The notes under the pieces: generated by a model
The model's database searches: none
Told to the model about the DNA's origin: nothing
Seen by the model: the letters and a program-made list of their open reading frames with translations, nothing else
Translations under genes and position numbers: made by a program
Part shown: positions 33,975 through 47,147 of the stretch, piece by piece
Layout: each line of letters starts with the position of its first letter
How positions within the stretch are numbered: position 1 is the first letter of the stretch
Assembly: GCF_001194135.2 (NCBI RefSeq)
Contig: NC_068981.1
Span: 192,859,408-192,923,407, forward strand
Length of the DNA: 64,000 nt
Origin: Octopus bimaculoides
Taxonomy: Eukaryota
Reading direction: 5' to 3'

Positions 33975-34480
33975 CACATGCTTCACAGATCCATTTGCTT
34001 TTGTCAAATGTCCCTCCCTCAAAACTTTGCAGTAGAACTCTTGATCAACAGTCTGGCCCTGGGGGATGAATTCTCAATGCAATTTATCACATTTCCAGAG
34101 GTGATACTCGTTGCAGGTCTCCCACATTGCTCATTGTCTTCCAGAGAAATTCTTCTGCTTTTGAAGCACCTGTGCCACTTGAAACATTGCGTATGACCCA
34201 TTGCCTTATCGCTGTAAGCTTGCCGATGCATGCTCCATGTGTCTGTGGCAGACTTCCCAAGTTTAATACAAAGTTTCCTGTTGGCTCTTAGTTCCTATCC
34301 AGAACAAAATTGCAGACTACAGCATATACATGATCACAAAAACACAAATTTCACAACTTGCGATGTCACTCAACAGACTGCCTCATGAAGGTCACTGCCA
34401 GTTCTCACTGCACACACAACCATGTGCTACCATTTGTTGGCATGCTACAGAACTAGTCTTGGAAATTTTCGATACCACCT
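33975..34480 (-). mobile_element. Mariner 5' half relic (HTH domains)
   Basis: KLGKSATDTWSMHRQAYSDKAMGHTQCFKWHRCFKSRRISLEDNEQCGRPATS. Confidence 0.85.
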
Positions 34481-35399
34481 CCCTTTTTTTGACATCACCC
34501 CTACATATTCTGCCCAATGCCTCACTTTGCATTGCTCAAAGGATTTTTCAAACATTTATATCATTTACTCTTTAGCAACATTTAAAATGAAACCTAGGTT
34601 GATCATGCATATTATTTTAATTGCTGAATTATTTGGTCCTCCCAAGAACTATCCAGAAGTACCTCTTGGATATTTTTACAGTCCTTGTCAGGGTTATTTC
34701 TTTGTATTTATTCTTTGATGCAAAATAGTTTTTTTTTCTCTCTCTTTTATACATTGAGTGAATGTCTATGTCTCGTAGGGCTTTAAAAGCTATTGTGATG
34801 GATATCCTCTTCTGTATTACAGTAATATTAGTGACAGATGGCTGTCATTTGACTAGAAAGATTCACTTGTTCAATCAGCTGAATTACTTTCCCATTAAAT
34901 TGCTATGTAACTGGTTGAGTATTCCACAGACATGTGTAGTCTTCAGAGAATATGACAAGGGTATACCTTTTGAATTAAAGATACAATCCATCTGACAGGC
35001 TTCTATACAGTTTTCATTAACAAGTTATGAGTTGACCTGAATCTATAGAGAATGACATTTTCCCAAAACAGCATGCCTTGGGATTGAACCAGAGACCTCG
35101 TGGAAGTGAAGCAAACGTTTTAACCTACACTATCACATTGCTATATATGTATATATAAATATGGCCTTCCTCCTGCACAGTGGGGTGGCATCAGTCAAAT
35201 GCTACAACAATGCAAGGAAGTGTATTGTGACCATCGATGTACAGTAATACATCACTGTACATCGATAGCCTGGTCAATAGTGACAGTGATATATATATAC
35301 GTGTGTGTGTGTGTGTGTGTGTACACATTCTTATATATATATATATATATATATAATATAAAAATATATTATGTATAGTATATTTGTATATACTCCGTC

Positions 35400-35590
35400 T
35401 AGAATAACGAACCAGTACTGTAATATCTTGGGTTTCAAGGGTCCACAACTGCTCAACATTCTTCCAAACAACCTCAGAAATTTGTGAGGTGTAAATGTGG
35501 AGGTCTTCAAAGAGTGTCAGGACAGATTTCCATCTAAGGTACCAGATAAACCCACATCGTGGCAAGAAACAACACAGAGAGGAGCATCTC
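35400..35590 (+). mobile_element. CR1/L2-group LINE 3' fragment
   Basis: LGFKGPQLLNILP...VNVEVFK...KVPDKP pattern. Confidence 0.5.
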
Positions 35591-36727
35591 CGTCTAACTC
35601 ACCACTTCACCAAAAACACTACAGAAAAGAAATCCAAACATACTGAAAGATGGTGCTCTAGCATGGCCTCAGCCTCTGGCAGAAACCAGTAAAAGATAAA
35701 AGATAAATATATATATATGTCTTTGTTTGTGTGTGTGTGTGTGTGTGTGTGTAGGTATACATATACAAATATAAAATCTTGATCAACCATGTAGTACCAA
35801 ACTTTCATATTAAAATAAAATTATCTTAATTAAGAATCAAGCATTTTTGTAGAGTGTAAATAATTCATTAAAATTAATTGATCAATATTGATATAAACCA
35901 ATAAATTTTACAAGTAAATTCAAGGACAATAATATTAATTTACTGCAGTGTACAATGAAAGAAATATATAATGTGTTGTTGTACATAAATACTTACCATA
36001 AATGCCATCCATACATATATATATGCCTTACACACACACACTCACACAGACACATACATACACATACATACACACATCCATGCCCACACCCACTCATACA
36101 CTCACACACTCACCCTCCACACTCCACACACACAANNNNNNNNNNNNNNNNNNNNNNNNNNNNNNNNNNNNNNNNNNNNNNNNNNNNNNNNNNNNNNNNN
36201 NNNNNNNNNNNNNNNNNNNNNNNNNNNNNNNNNNNNNNNNNNNNNNNNNNNNNNNNNNNNNNNNNNNNNNNNNNNNNNNNCCCACACCCACTCATACACT
36301 CACACACTCACCCTCCACACTCCACACACACAAAATGTATCATCATCATAATCATTATTTGATTCTCCGTTTGAAGAATTTCCAATGGGAGATATCTTAA
36401 ACATTTCTTCTACAGGTACGATTTTGTAACTTCTATCAGCAAATGAAACACATGTAATGGTGAATTAATAACGCCAGAAAATTTTCCAGTCTCCTGCTTT
36501 GATACATTCATATTTGCATATATGTGGCTGTGTAGTTAAGAAGTTTGCTTTCCAACCATATGGCCTCAAGTTCATTCCCACTGCATGGAACTTGGGACAA
36601 ATGTTTTTTGTGATAGTCGTAGGCAGACAGATCGTTCAAACAGTGGAAGATATTTTATGAGGGGAGGAAGAAATAAATCGTAACAGTTTGTACATTTCTT
36701 TGGAGAGAGAGAAAGAGAGAGAGAGAA

Positions 36728-36798
<71 letters not shown>

Positions 36799-37481
36799 AG
36801 GTCTTAGCAAGTTGGAAAATTGCAGATGAGAAAATGAAAAGAAAAAGAGAGAGAAAGAGAAGCCTACTATGGAAGGAAATGGGAGTAATGTTAGTGGCGG
36901 TGGGGAGGATGGTGTAGGAGGTGGTGTAGTGTGCTGGTGTCAAGATGTGGGTGGAGGGGTTGTCAGTGGAATTGTTAGGGCCAGGCAGGAAGGGTAGGGA
37001 ATTTGAGAAAAAGGGTGGACAAAGAGAGGAGGTAGGGGACAATAGGGGTGTATAAATGATAACCTGGTTGCATGTGGCTAATGGGATGAGGAGAGACAGG
37101 AAATGAGGTGGCAGGTGTAAGAGATAATAGTGTTTAAAGAATTGGAGGAGAGTGAGGAAATGAAATTAGGAGGAGTGGCCAGAAATAGAATGATGAGAGG
37201 TAAGCAGGGGGGGGGAGGAGGATAAAGAGTTGAAAATAGAAAAAGTGAACAGGTGCACTCGCTACAGAACTGAAAGTACATCCACACACACACTTATACA
37301 TGTCTCTCTCTCCCTGCATGTATATATAAGGTGTGGCTGTGTGCTAAGTAGCTTACTTCCCAACCACATGGTTCCAGGTTCAGTCCCATTGCATGGTACC
37401 TTGGGCAAGTGTCTTCTACTATACCACAGGTTAACCAAAACCTTGTGAGTGGATTTGTAGATGGAAACTGAAAGAAACCTT

Positions 37482-37645
37482 TTTGCTATGGAATGGGGAA
37501 ACTACTTTTTCATTTTCTGAAAAAGCAATGTTTAACGATGATGATGATGATGATGATATATCATTACTATTATGCAAAAGTGTTGTAAGTCCAAAACATT
37601 GCTTTTTCAGAAAATGAAAAAGTAGTTTCACCATTCCATAGCAAA
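37482..37645. repeat. 52-bp inverted repeat, 1 mismatch
   Basis: 37482-37533 versus 37594-37645. Confidence 0.9.
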
Positions 37646-38379
37646 ACTGTTGTACTACACTTTGGCAATTTTTGATATCTTGGCAGGCATCTGAAGCATC
37701 TGGAGATATGATAGTTTGACCAAAAGAACTGGCTGTTGCAAGCAAAAATAAATATCGCAAAAAAAAAATGCATTTAGCCAAATTTAGACATACAACAGTT
37801 TAACCTAATAGCAATGATATATGTGTGTGCATGTCTTTGTGTCTGTGTTTGTCCCCCACTGTGACTTGACAACCGGTGTTGGTGTGTTTACATCATTACA
37901 ACTTAGCGGTTCAACAAAAGAGACTGATAGAATAAGTACCAGGCTTAAAAACAAATAAGTCCTGGGGTTGATTCCTTCAACTAAAAATGCGTCAAGGCAG
38001 TGCTCCAGCATGGCCGCAGTCTAATGACTGAAACGAATAAAAGATACAAGATACAATATATATATATATATATAACTTAAACAAAATGATCTAAGGGAAG
38101 TAACTCAAAGTGCCCAGTGGCATGTTTTTCAACAATACAAATACAGGTGTATCAAATACTGTAAAACATAAATTCTTCATTTATTACAGCTATCTCTGCC
38201 TCCAGAAGATGTATCCTAATTACCAAATGACAATTAAGACTAGCTTTGCTTGAGCACGGAAGATAATCTCAAGATTAAAGATATTCTCTCCAAAGTTGAC
38301 ACACCACTCCTTTATGCCTCTTCTTTCATTTTCTCATTAATAGTTTTAGTGAAAGGACCAAACTTCAGCCCTTATTTAA

Positions 38380-38584
38380 CCCTTTCACTACTGTATTTCT
38401 GTTGAGATGCTCTCTGTTTCTTTCAATTGATTTTAAATATAACAAAGAATTTAGTAAAATAACTTATCATTCAACTAGTATTTGTGACTAAGGTTTGGTG
38501 GAAGATTTTGATTGAGAACTTTTGAAAACAAGACATTTGTACTCAGAGCCAGAGGTGGTTTCAGCCGGGTTGGTAACGAAAGGG
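38380..38584. mobile_element. piggyBac-type MITE
   Basis: TTAA|CCCTTT...AAAGGG|TTAA; a related right end lies at ~8920-9150. Confidence 0.75.
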
Positions 38585-39666
38585 TTAAAGAAAGAGAAAG
38601 AGGGAGAGTGTATATGTAAATATAACTGAAGGTGAGAGAAGAGGAGAGAAGGGGAAAGAGAGGTGATGAGAGAGAGAGAGAGAGAGAGGGAGGGAGAGAA
38701 AGAGAGGGAGATAGAAAGAGAGGGAGATAGAAATAGAGAGAGAGAGAGGATATAAAGATTTTTCCCTCTCACTGAAGCAGGACAAATGTCCAAAACATTA
38801 AGTTTCTCTTCTTCCTCGTGTCATAAAACATTTTCTTCCATCTCAACTATTTGTATTATTTGTAGAACATTATAACTTGACTGTAATACAAACTAATGTT
38901 GTTGGTATTGTTGTTTAACCCTAGGCAAGCCTTGATCAAGTAGACCTATTATCTTGACTGGTAGACTTAATCCTTTGCCCTGTCTCTCAGGTATCTTTAG
39001 AACAACAGAACAATATTCTTATTTCTTTATTGCCCACAAGGGGCTACACACAGAGAGGACAAACAAGGACAGACAAACGGATTAAGTCAATTATATCGAC
39101 CCCAGTGCGTAACTAGTACTTATTTAATCAACCCCAAAAGGATGAAAGGCAAAGTTGACCTTGGTGGAATTTGAACTCAGAACATAGCGGCAGACGAAAT
39201 ACCGCTAAGCACTTAGGATGTTAGGGTGTGGTTTGTGGGAGCTGTGGCTGCTACCACAAGTAAATTGAAAATCTTCATTTACTCAAGGGACATATTATAA
39301 AATCTAAAGGGGGACGATTACCAAATTCTATTCATTTGTGTTTTCAATGATTTAACAAATGGGTTTTGATCATTTGAGAATTTAATCTTTGCTGATCACA
39401 TATTAAAGACAACAACAACAACTGCATGTACAGTGATGATGATGGTGGTGGTGGTGGTAGTGATGGTGAATGATAATGATGATGAAGACAATTATGATGA
39501 TGATAATGATGACAATTGTGATGATGATGATGATTATGATAATGATGATGATAATAATAATGATGATGAAATGGTGATATTGGCAGTGAAATCCTATAAA
39601 ATCTTATGATACAAGAATGTCTCCACAATGTATAGCAATAGTAAATAAATCACATACAGACAATGA

Positions 39667-39912
39667 GGTTGGTAGAATTGGTAGAACAGTGAACAAATTG
39701 GTAGCGGTTTGGTAGAGCAATGAACAAACTGGTAGTGGGTTGGTAGAGCAGTGAACAAATTGGTAGTGGGTTGGTAGAGCAGTGAACACAATGGGGTTGG
39801 TAGAATTGGTAGTGAACAAAATGCTGGTGTGCAGTTTGAATTGGTAGAACAGCGAACACAATGGTAATGGGTTGGTAAAGCAGTGAACAAAATGATGATG
39901 AATTGGTAGAAC
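39667..39912. repeat. ~31-bp degenerate minisatellite
   Basis: ttggtagagcagtgaacaaattggtagtggg units. Confidence 0.85.
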
Positions 39913-42900
39913 TTATAGAGTAGCGAATGAAACAGATTCCTTTAGGTTCTGAGTTTGAATCCTGCTTAAGTTAGATTTCTCTTTCCAGGGTTGATAAAAT
40001 AAAGTACCAATTAAATAGTGGTTTCAAATTTTGGCACAAGGCCAGCAATTTTAGGGGAGAGGTAAGTCAATTACATCCACCCCAGTGTTCCACTGGTACC
40101 TATTTTATAGATCCTGAAAGGATGGAAAGCAAAGTCGACCCTAGCAGCATTTGAACTCAGAACACAAAGATGGAAGAAATACTGCTAAGCATTTTTTCTA
40201 GTGCTGTAATGATTCTGCTAGCTTTGCCATCCAATTAAATATTAGAGTCAAAAATATTTCATTATACCCTTCCACTGAAACATACTCTTGTATCATACAC
40301 ACTTGAAACAACAGAAGACCAAAACAACACTGACTGTATACATTGTTTGTGACATGTTTATGTATAACAAAGCTTGCTGTAGGATTTAGTCTTGGGGAAC
40401 AACTTCTCTTTAAAGATTTTGCATTTCCTGCATTAACTTCAGTTTGGAAGGCTTTACGTACATCAGCAAGTGTTCTATTCAATGATTTCTATATAGAAGC
40501 AGAAATTTCTACCTAGCTCCAAATGACTGAGATGGTGTCTGTTGCCGAGGAGGGAAAATTATACCAAGGGTGACAGTTTACTGATGTCATCTGGAGCATA
40601 TACTTTGAACACATAAAGTCTCTAAGAAGTTGTTCTCTGAGACTAGATTCAAGATTGAGAGCTGTTCCATGTATAAGTGTGGCTATAAATGTATTACAAA
40701 TGATGTAGAGATCGTCATACAGTATTATATTACAAAAAGAAGGTTCTTTCCTTAAATAGTTGTTTCTAGATATGTGTGTCTGAGAATTTTATGAGTGTTA
40801 CCTTTCCCACATGCTCTTTTATTGTCATACACATAGTGGTACGTTTGTTACATACTCGCATTTTTAATGTTTGCCATATGTGTCATATCTAAAAGGTTTG
40901 CCAGTCTCCCAACTATATGCCCCATCCACAAACAAACTCCACACTTCAAATATTTAATAAACCCCAAACAAAAGTCACACTCTTAATATTTGTCAAAAGC
41001 CAAACATGTCAATCCCTAAATGTTTGCTAGACCATGCCAAACATATATGCCACACCCAAATGTTTACCAGACACCCAAGCAATACCACACCCCAAATATT
41101 TGCCAAACCCCTTCACACATGCACCATACCCTAAATATTTACCAGACTACACAAACGCTTATCAAATGACCCAAGCCTATACTAATGTTAATAATATCTA
41201 CAGAAAATTCACACATATGCGACATTCAAATGTTGCTGGGTATCTAGGTAATGCCAAAGAACCTACACATATGCCCATCAGAAATATTTACCAGATCACC
41301 CAAATATGCTATATTTTAAATTTTTGACAGAATCCACCTGTTGTCAAAGCAAGATGTTTATAAATTATAAAGAAAAAAAATATATATTAAGGTTTATTTT
41401 AAATTTATTTTGCCAAAATTTCATCTCCACATTATCAGATAATTAAACTTTAAAGTTCTTTATTATAAATATTTCAATAATGACAATAAATTAATTATTC
41501 AGATAATCAAATACTAAAATATTTCATTAATTTTTGTTTAAAAAAACATATAAAAGGCAAAACAGAACATTGATGGTGACAGGCCAATGAAAATACATTC
41601 TGTAATAAATAGTGGTACTACTGTTTGTCTTTGCTTGAAAGGGCCTTAGAAAAACAGCATTTTGTTCATTTGCCTGTGACATTAAGAGGCAAGCCAATAC
41701 CAAATGATCTCCTCCTTCATTGGAGAGGACAATTAGTAGTTTTATTCTATTTATTTTTTTTCCTGAAACTTCGATTCTTTCAGGGTAAGATTGTTGTGTG
41801 GTGTTTAGCAGGTTATTCTAGACCCATTTACAAGAAAATATAAAAAAAAACCTAAAACTTCTCCATATTAAGGAGTATATTTCACTATCTCTTTAATATT
41901 TTGAGACAGAGGGTGAGCCAGATGTGCCAATGTTTGAGATAGCAATTTTATGGCTGCTGCTATAAGGTCACTAAATATTTACTTTAGCAGAAAGGTCAAC
42001 CACAATGTGAATCTGCTCAAAGAACTGGCTTCGTAATTAATCACAGGTCTTAAATATTTCCTTATTGAACATATACAGAAACCATTCAGATATTTCCAAT
42101 AGCTGCTGCAACATATTCATTGAGAACTTCAAGCACCAAGTTCATGGAATTCAGCTGAATTAAGAAAAATTGGTTCTTTAATCAGCTTGAATTTCTGCAC
42201 ATTAAATAAGGAAATATGTTAAATCCAATTTGTAAATAGGCATAGAATTGAATATATTAACAATCTTATCTAATGATCTAGTTGATCGATCATATCAAAG
42301 TTAATCGAACAAATAAACAAAAATTAAGAAAAATACAAAAACATTAATATTTACATTGTAATTTAAATCTAAATAAGAGGAACATTGCTGAGAAAATAAT
42401 TATTTAAAAATTGTGTCACCTGGACACAATGGTAAAATCATTTTGGATTGGATTTGAAGAATGTTCAGAATTCAGCAAGTAAAAATGTTTGTTGACATTT
42501 GGACATTATGAGACAAAACAAGAATTTTTATTGAGTCATTCCAGTGAAAAATATTGAAAGATCAATAATATGCCCCTACACTTAGGCAGTTGTAAATTAT
42601 CATTCAAGACACCATCTTTAGAGAAACATGAAATTTGTCAAAGAAATGTTGATGTGTCTTAAAGTTTTCATAAGGCTTTCAAATAATGCCCAAATATGTT
42701 ATCCAGATGTGTTAGCCTGATGGTTTCTTTCTTCAGTTTTCAAAGCAGTTTAGTTTATTTGTACATGAAACATAGATGTTCCTATTAGAAAGACTAATGT
42801 GCACAGGGAGGCTGGAGGTTATTACAAATGTGTGGTGGGGGAACATGTATTTTAAGTAAACTTTTATAATAATTTGTTAAAGGCCCCTGACTAATGAAGA

Positions 42901-45117
42901 AGGGGAAACATAGATGTGCCAAAATCTCACACAGAACAGATCCAGTTTTGGTTTTTCTTGTTTTTAATGATAGGAGGGCAAAAGATGAAAGCATGATTTG
43001 TTTTTTAATTAGAGAAAAACCAAGGATCAAAAAAAAAAAAAACTAATGTTTTTCCCATTTTTTTTTTGATTGTTGTAATCAGTTTATTATTATTATTATT
43101 ATTGTTGCCGAGAAAAATAAAATGAAATCAAGAGAACAAAAGGCACACACAAAACAACATTATTAAAAGGTGAGAAAGAAAAAGACAAAAAAAGGTTTTC
43201 GAAATTAAACAGACGAGGTCATTGAGAAATATTGGCTGAGAGAAAGCTGAATCAGCTAAGTAGAAGTCTGTGAAGAGACAGAGGAAAATGGTGCTTGAAG
43301 CAAGTTGAAAGGTAGAATTNNNNNNNNNNNNNNNNNNNNNNNNNNNNNATTAAAAAAATTATTTCCTGTTTATTAATCATTTGAAGATTTGTTATAGAGT
43401 GTTCTTCATTCTAAGAAATATTTTGGCAGAATAAATGTTTTTTGTTTTATTTTTGTCAGCAGAGATCTGAGACAGTTACATTTTACTTATTTCTGGATGC
43501 TTTTAGAAGCAATTCTCTAAATGAAATTATTTCTTATCCAAAATTGGGCAGCTTGAAAATAATTTTAAAGTTTGTTTCTTTTTGATGACAATCTTCTAAG
43601 AGTGGATCTCATTGAATTACAAAAAAAAAAAAAAAAATGGGAGAAAAAGAAGGAGACAAGAATTTCAAGAAATTTCAGAGTTCTCTACAGATTGATCATT
43701 TTAGCAAGAACTCCAAAAATGGAAGGAGCAAATGTTGTAAAGTTAACTTCAGAAATATTTATCAGTAGATGAAATCCCAAGAGCTTGCATTGGTAAAGAT
43801 TGGTGCCAGTCTTGGAATGTCAAACAGCCTAGAGAAGAGGATAAAAGTGAAACAAATTTTCACCTGTTCCTTTCTCTCTAATAGCAGTTTACTGTGGAAA
43901 TTCCTCAGTGGCCAAATGTTGAGAAATAAATAGCACTAGATGGAGGTCTAAGAAATTGTTGAGTTCATATCGCCTACCACATATCTGGATCATAAGGGTC
44001 TTTTCTCTGATAATTGGCAAACGTTGGATATTGTTCTGTTGGCGTGACCTTGAGGTGGAAAAACAAGAATATTTATCATAACATCAGCTTTAATTAGATG
44101 AATTTGATAGAATTAAATCGACAAGAATAGTTAAGAAAAAGAAGTGAAAATACAATGATGATGATGAGAATAATATGGAGGAGGAAGATGATGATAATTA
44201 TAATAATAATAATAATAACAATGATAATAATTATTATTATAATAATATTAATAATAATAATAATGATAATAATTTTGTTTTTAGATACAGTTTGTTTCAT
44301 TCTTAAAAGAAACATTTTGATTAATTTTGCGAAACAAAAGACAATTACAACAGTGTGAAAGTGAGAAATGGATGTAATTTGTGGTCGAGCAGAAAAAAAA
44401 AATTTACTGAGTTAAATTTAACATGAGAGAAATGAAAAACAGCAAAGATTAAAAACAAATAAAAAACCATAATAGATTAAGAGAAAAACCATAAAGCAAA
44501 CCAAAATAAAATGTTAGATTGTTTCTCAAAAAAAAAAAGAAAAATTCTACTTCTGTGACTTATAATTTTCTTTTCAATGAAAATTATTAGTTTGTTGTAT
44601 GGAATGATGCAGATCATCTCAGTGCTAAACACTGATGTATTTATCTATCAGAATACATTGAATCATATTCTAGTTTATATGTACCAGATGTTTACCAGAT
44701 GTCCACCAGATGCTGCCATGAGACAGATGTCTGCAGAAGATAACTAGAGAGATAAATAAATGTGGTTTTGTTTTTGGTCATAATCTTAGCACAAGCAATC
44801 TTCTCCTCCTCATCTTTTCCTTCCCCTCCTCATCAGCAGCAGCCTTTACTTATTAATCAAAGTCAGCATTACATTTGTCATTGTCATCATCATCTAATTG
44901 TCATTGTCATTATAGAACTCATTGTTGTCATTACCCTCATCAGAATCCTCTTTCTTTCTTTTCATGTTCATCCTCATCATCTTCTGTTGGAGTGCATGTC
45001 CCTCAACTTAGCTGTATTTGTACTTAGATATAATCAATTCAGACCTTTTGGACACCCTTTTTTTAGATAGACTCTGAATGAAAATTCCCTCGTATAAAGA
45101 CAATATAAGCTCCCTAC

Positions 45118-45291
45118 CTCATCATCACCATCCCCTCTATCATCTTGAATTGCTTTAATAAGGTTATTCTATGTCTGAAGATTAAATAAAAGCTGAAATA
45201 CAATGCCAAAGACATCAGTTGTGATTGAAGACAAAACAGTAACTGTGGAAGTGATTCAAACATGTGTATATAGAACTGTAGCAAATACTGG
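45118..45291 (-). CDS. Candidate hydrophobic exon (QYLLQFYIHMFESLPQLLFCLQSQLMSLALYFSFYLIF...)
   Basis: Strong ttgtttccccacAG acceptor, GAG|GTAGGG donor, open in phase 2 to 2. A shorter 45118-45168 alternative is also open. Not linked to other exons. Confidence 0.3.
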
Positions 45292-45579
45292 CTGTGGGGA
45301 AACAAAGCATTGATCACATGTTAATATCCCAGCATGCAATGTGGGAATAGTGAAAGTGAATAAATAAATAAATAAAAAGAACCCAATGAATACATGCCCA
45401 CGTGTGTATAATATTGTAAAGTAATATGTCTTCATGTTGCTTGAAGAGAGAAAATGATTAATTGAAATAATCAACAGAAAAAGGCTTTACACAGGATATC
45501 TCTGCCATATTGACAACATCAGTAAAGATATTACATCAGAGTTATTCCTTTAAATATATCATTAGCTTATTTATATATG

Positions 45580-45629
<50 letters not shown>

Positions 45630-45723
45630 NNNNNNNNNNTATATATATATATGTGTGCATATATATATAAAATGTATATATATACATATATATGTGTGAA
45701 TATATATATATGAAATGTATATG

Positions 45724-45763
<40 letters not shown>

Positions 45764-46077
45764 GAGAAAGACAGAGAGTTGTCTATGAGTCAGAAGGAAA
45801 GGAGCCTTCATGTATTGAATAATAGAGTGGAGTATATAAATAGTTAATTAGTTAATTACAGTATTGGTTTCAAATTTTGACACAAGGCCAGCAATTTCAG
45901 GGGAGTCGCTAACTTGATTACATCAACCCCAGTGTGCAACTGGTACTCATTTTATTGACCCTAAAAGAATGAAAGGCAAAGCTGACCTCAGTGGAATTTA
46001 AAATCAGAATGTAAAGCTGGAAGAAATACCGCAAGGCATTTTGGTTGGAATGCTAACAATTCTACCAGCTCACTGCC

Positions 46078-46125
<48 letters not shown>

Positions 46126-47085
46126 TCTTTCTACTGGAGGCACAAGGCCTCAAATTTGGGGTAGGAGACTAGTCGATTACATCGAACCCAGTGTTTCAGT
46201 GGTACTTAATTTATCAACTCTGGAAGGATGAAAGGTTAAAGTTGATTTTGGCAGAATCTGAACTCAGAATGTAGAGATGGACGAAATGTTGCTAAGCATT
46301 TTACTCAGCATGCTAACAATTCTGCCAGCTTGTTGCCTTAATGACTACAATAATTAAGTGATTAAGAGTCTTATAACAAGTAAATTTGATTCAAGCATGA
46401 TTTGATCTCAGAATGTAAATCATCATAACTAAATATTGCATCTCCTTAGATTTTTTTATTTGTCACATTACGAAATTCTTCTATCCACTGACAGATGCAT
46501 AGATAGATAGATGTGTATGTATGTATGTATGTATGTATGTATGTATGTATGTATGTATGTATGTATGTATGTATGTATGTGTGTATGTATGTATGTATGT
46601 ATGTGTGTGTAGTCAATTTAATTTGTTGAGCTCACCTAACTTCCACCAAAATATAACCTAATTTTGGAATCATTAACATTTTATTAATTGTTATATCATT
46701 TAATACACTTATTAAATGCAGTTACTAACATAGAATGTCAGCAATATTAAATGGATGATGTTGTACACAGCTGATTAATTTGAAACTAATATTTCATGAG
46801 TAAATTTCTTCTATTCACCCAGGGAAGATGAGAGGCAAAACTGATCTTCGTAGGATCTGAATTCAGAATTTATACACCACATAACTGTTTAGCCTTCTGC
46901 TGTCAAATATATACATATGTGTATGTGCATGTATATATATATATTTTCAGTAAATCATAAATCCGAAAAAGAAGCAGACTCTAAGTTATAGTGGAGTATA
47001 GAATAAAGATAGATAAAGTCTATGGGATTACCCTGGGTTTCATGTCCATGACCTCTTGCTACAGAGGCCATGTGCCAATAGGTTT

Positions 47086-47147
47086 TGGGATCTGATGATA
47101 TGGTGTAAAACTAAGCACTTTATGGACATGAAACCAAGGGTAATCAC
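47086..47147 (+). ncRNA. Type I hammerhead ribozyme motif inside an inverted repeat
   Basis: tgggat-CTGATGA(47092-98)-t-atg...cat-GAAA(47130-33)-cc-aag-gg-TA-atcaca. The inverted copy (47018-47049) preserves GAAA-ccc-a-ggg-TA-atccc. Confidence 0.55.

Noticed and set aside
36360-36415. Plus-strand exon candidate (MGDILNISST) with CAG|GTACGA
   Set aside because: No partner exons found; the site reads equally well as an acceptor.
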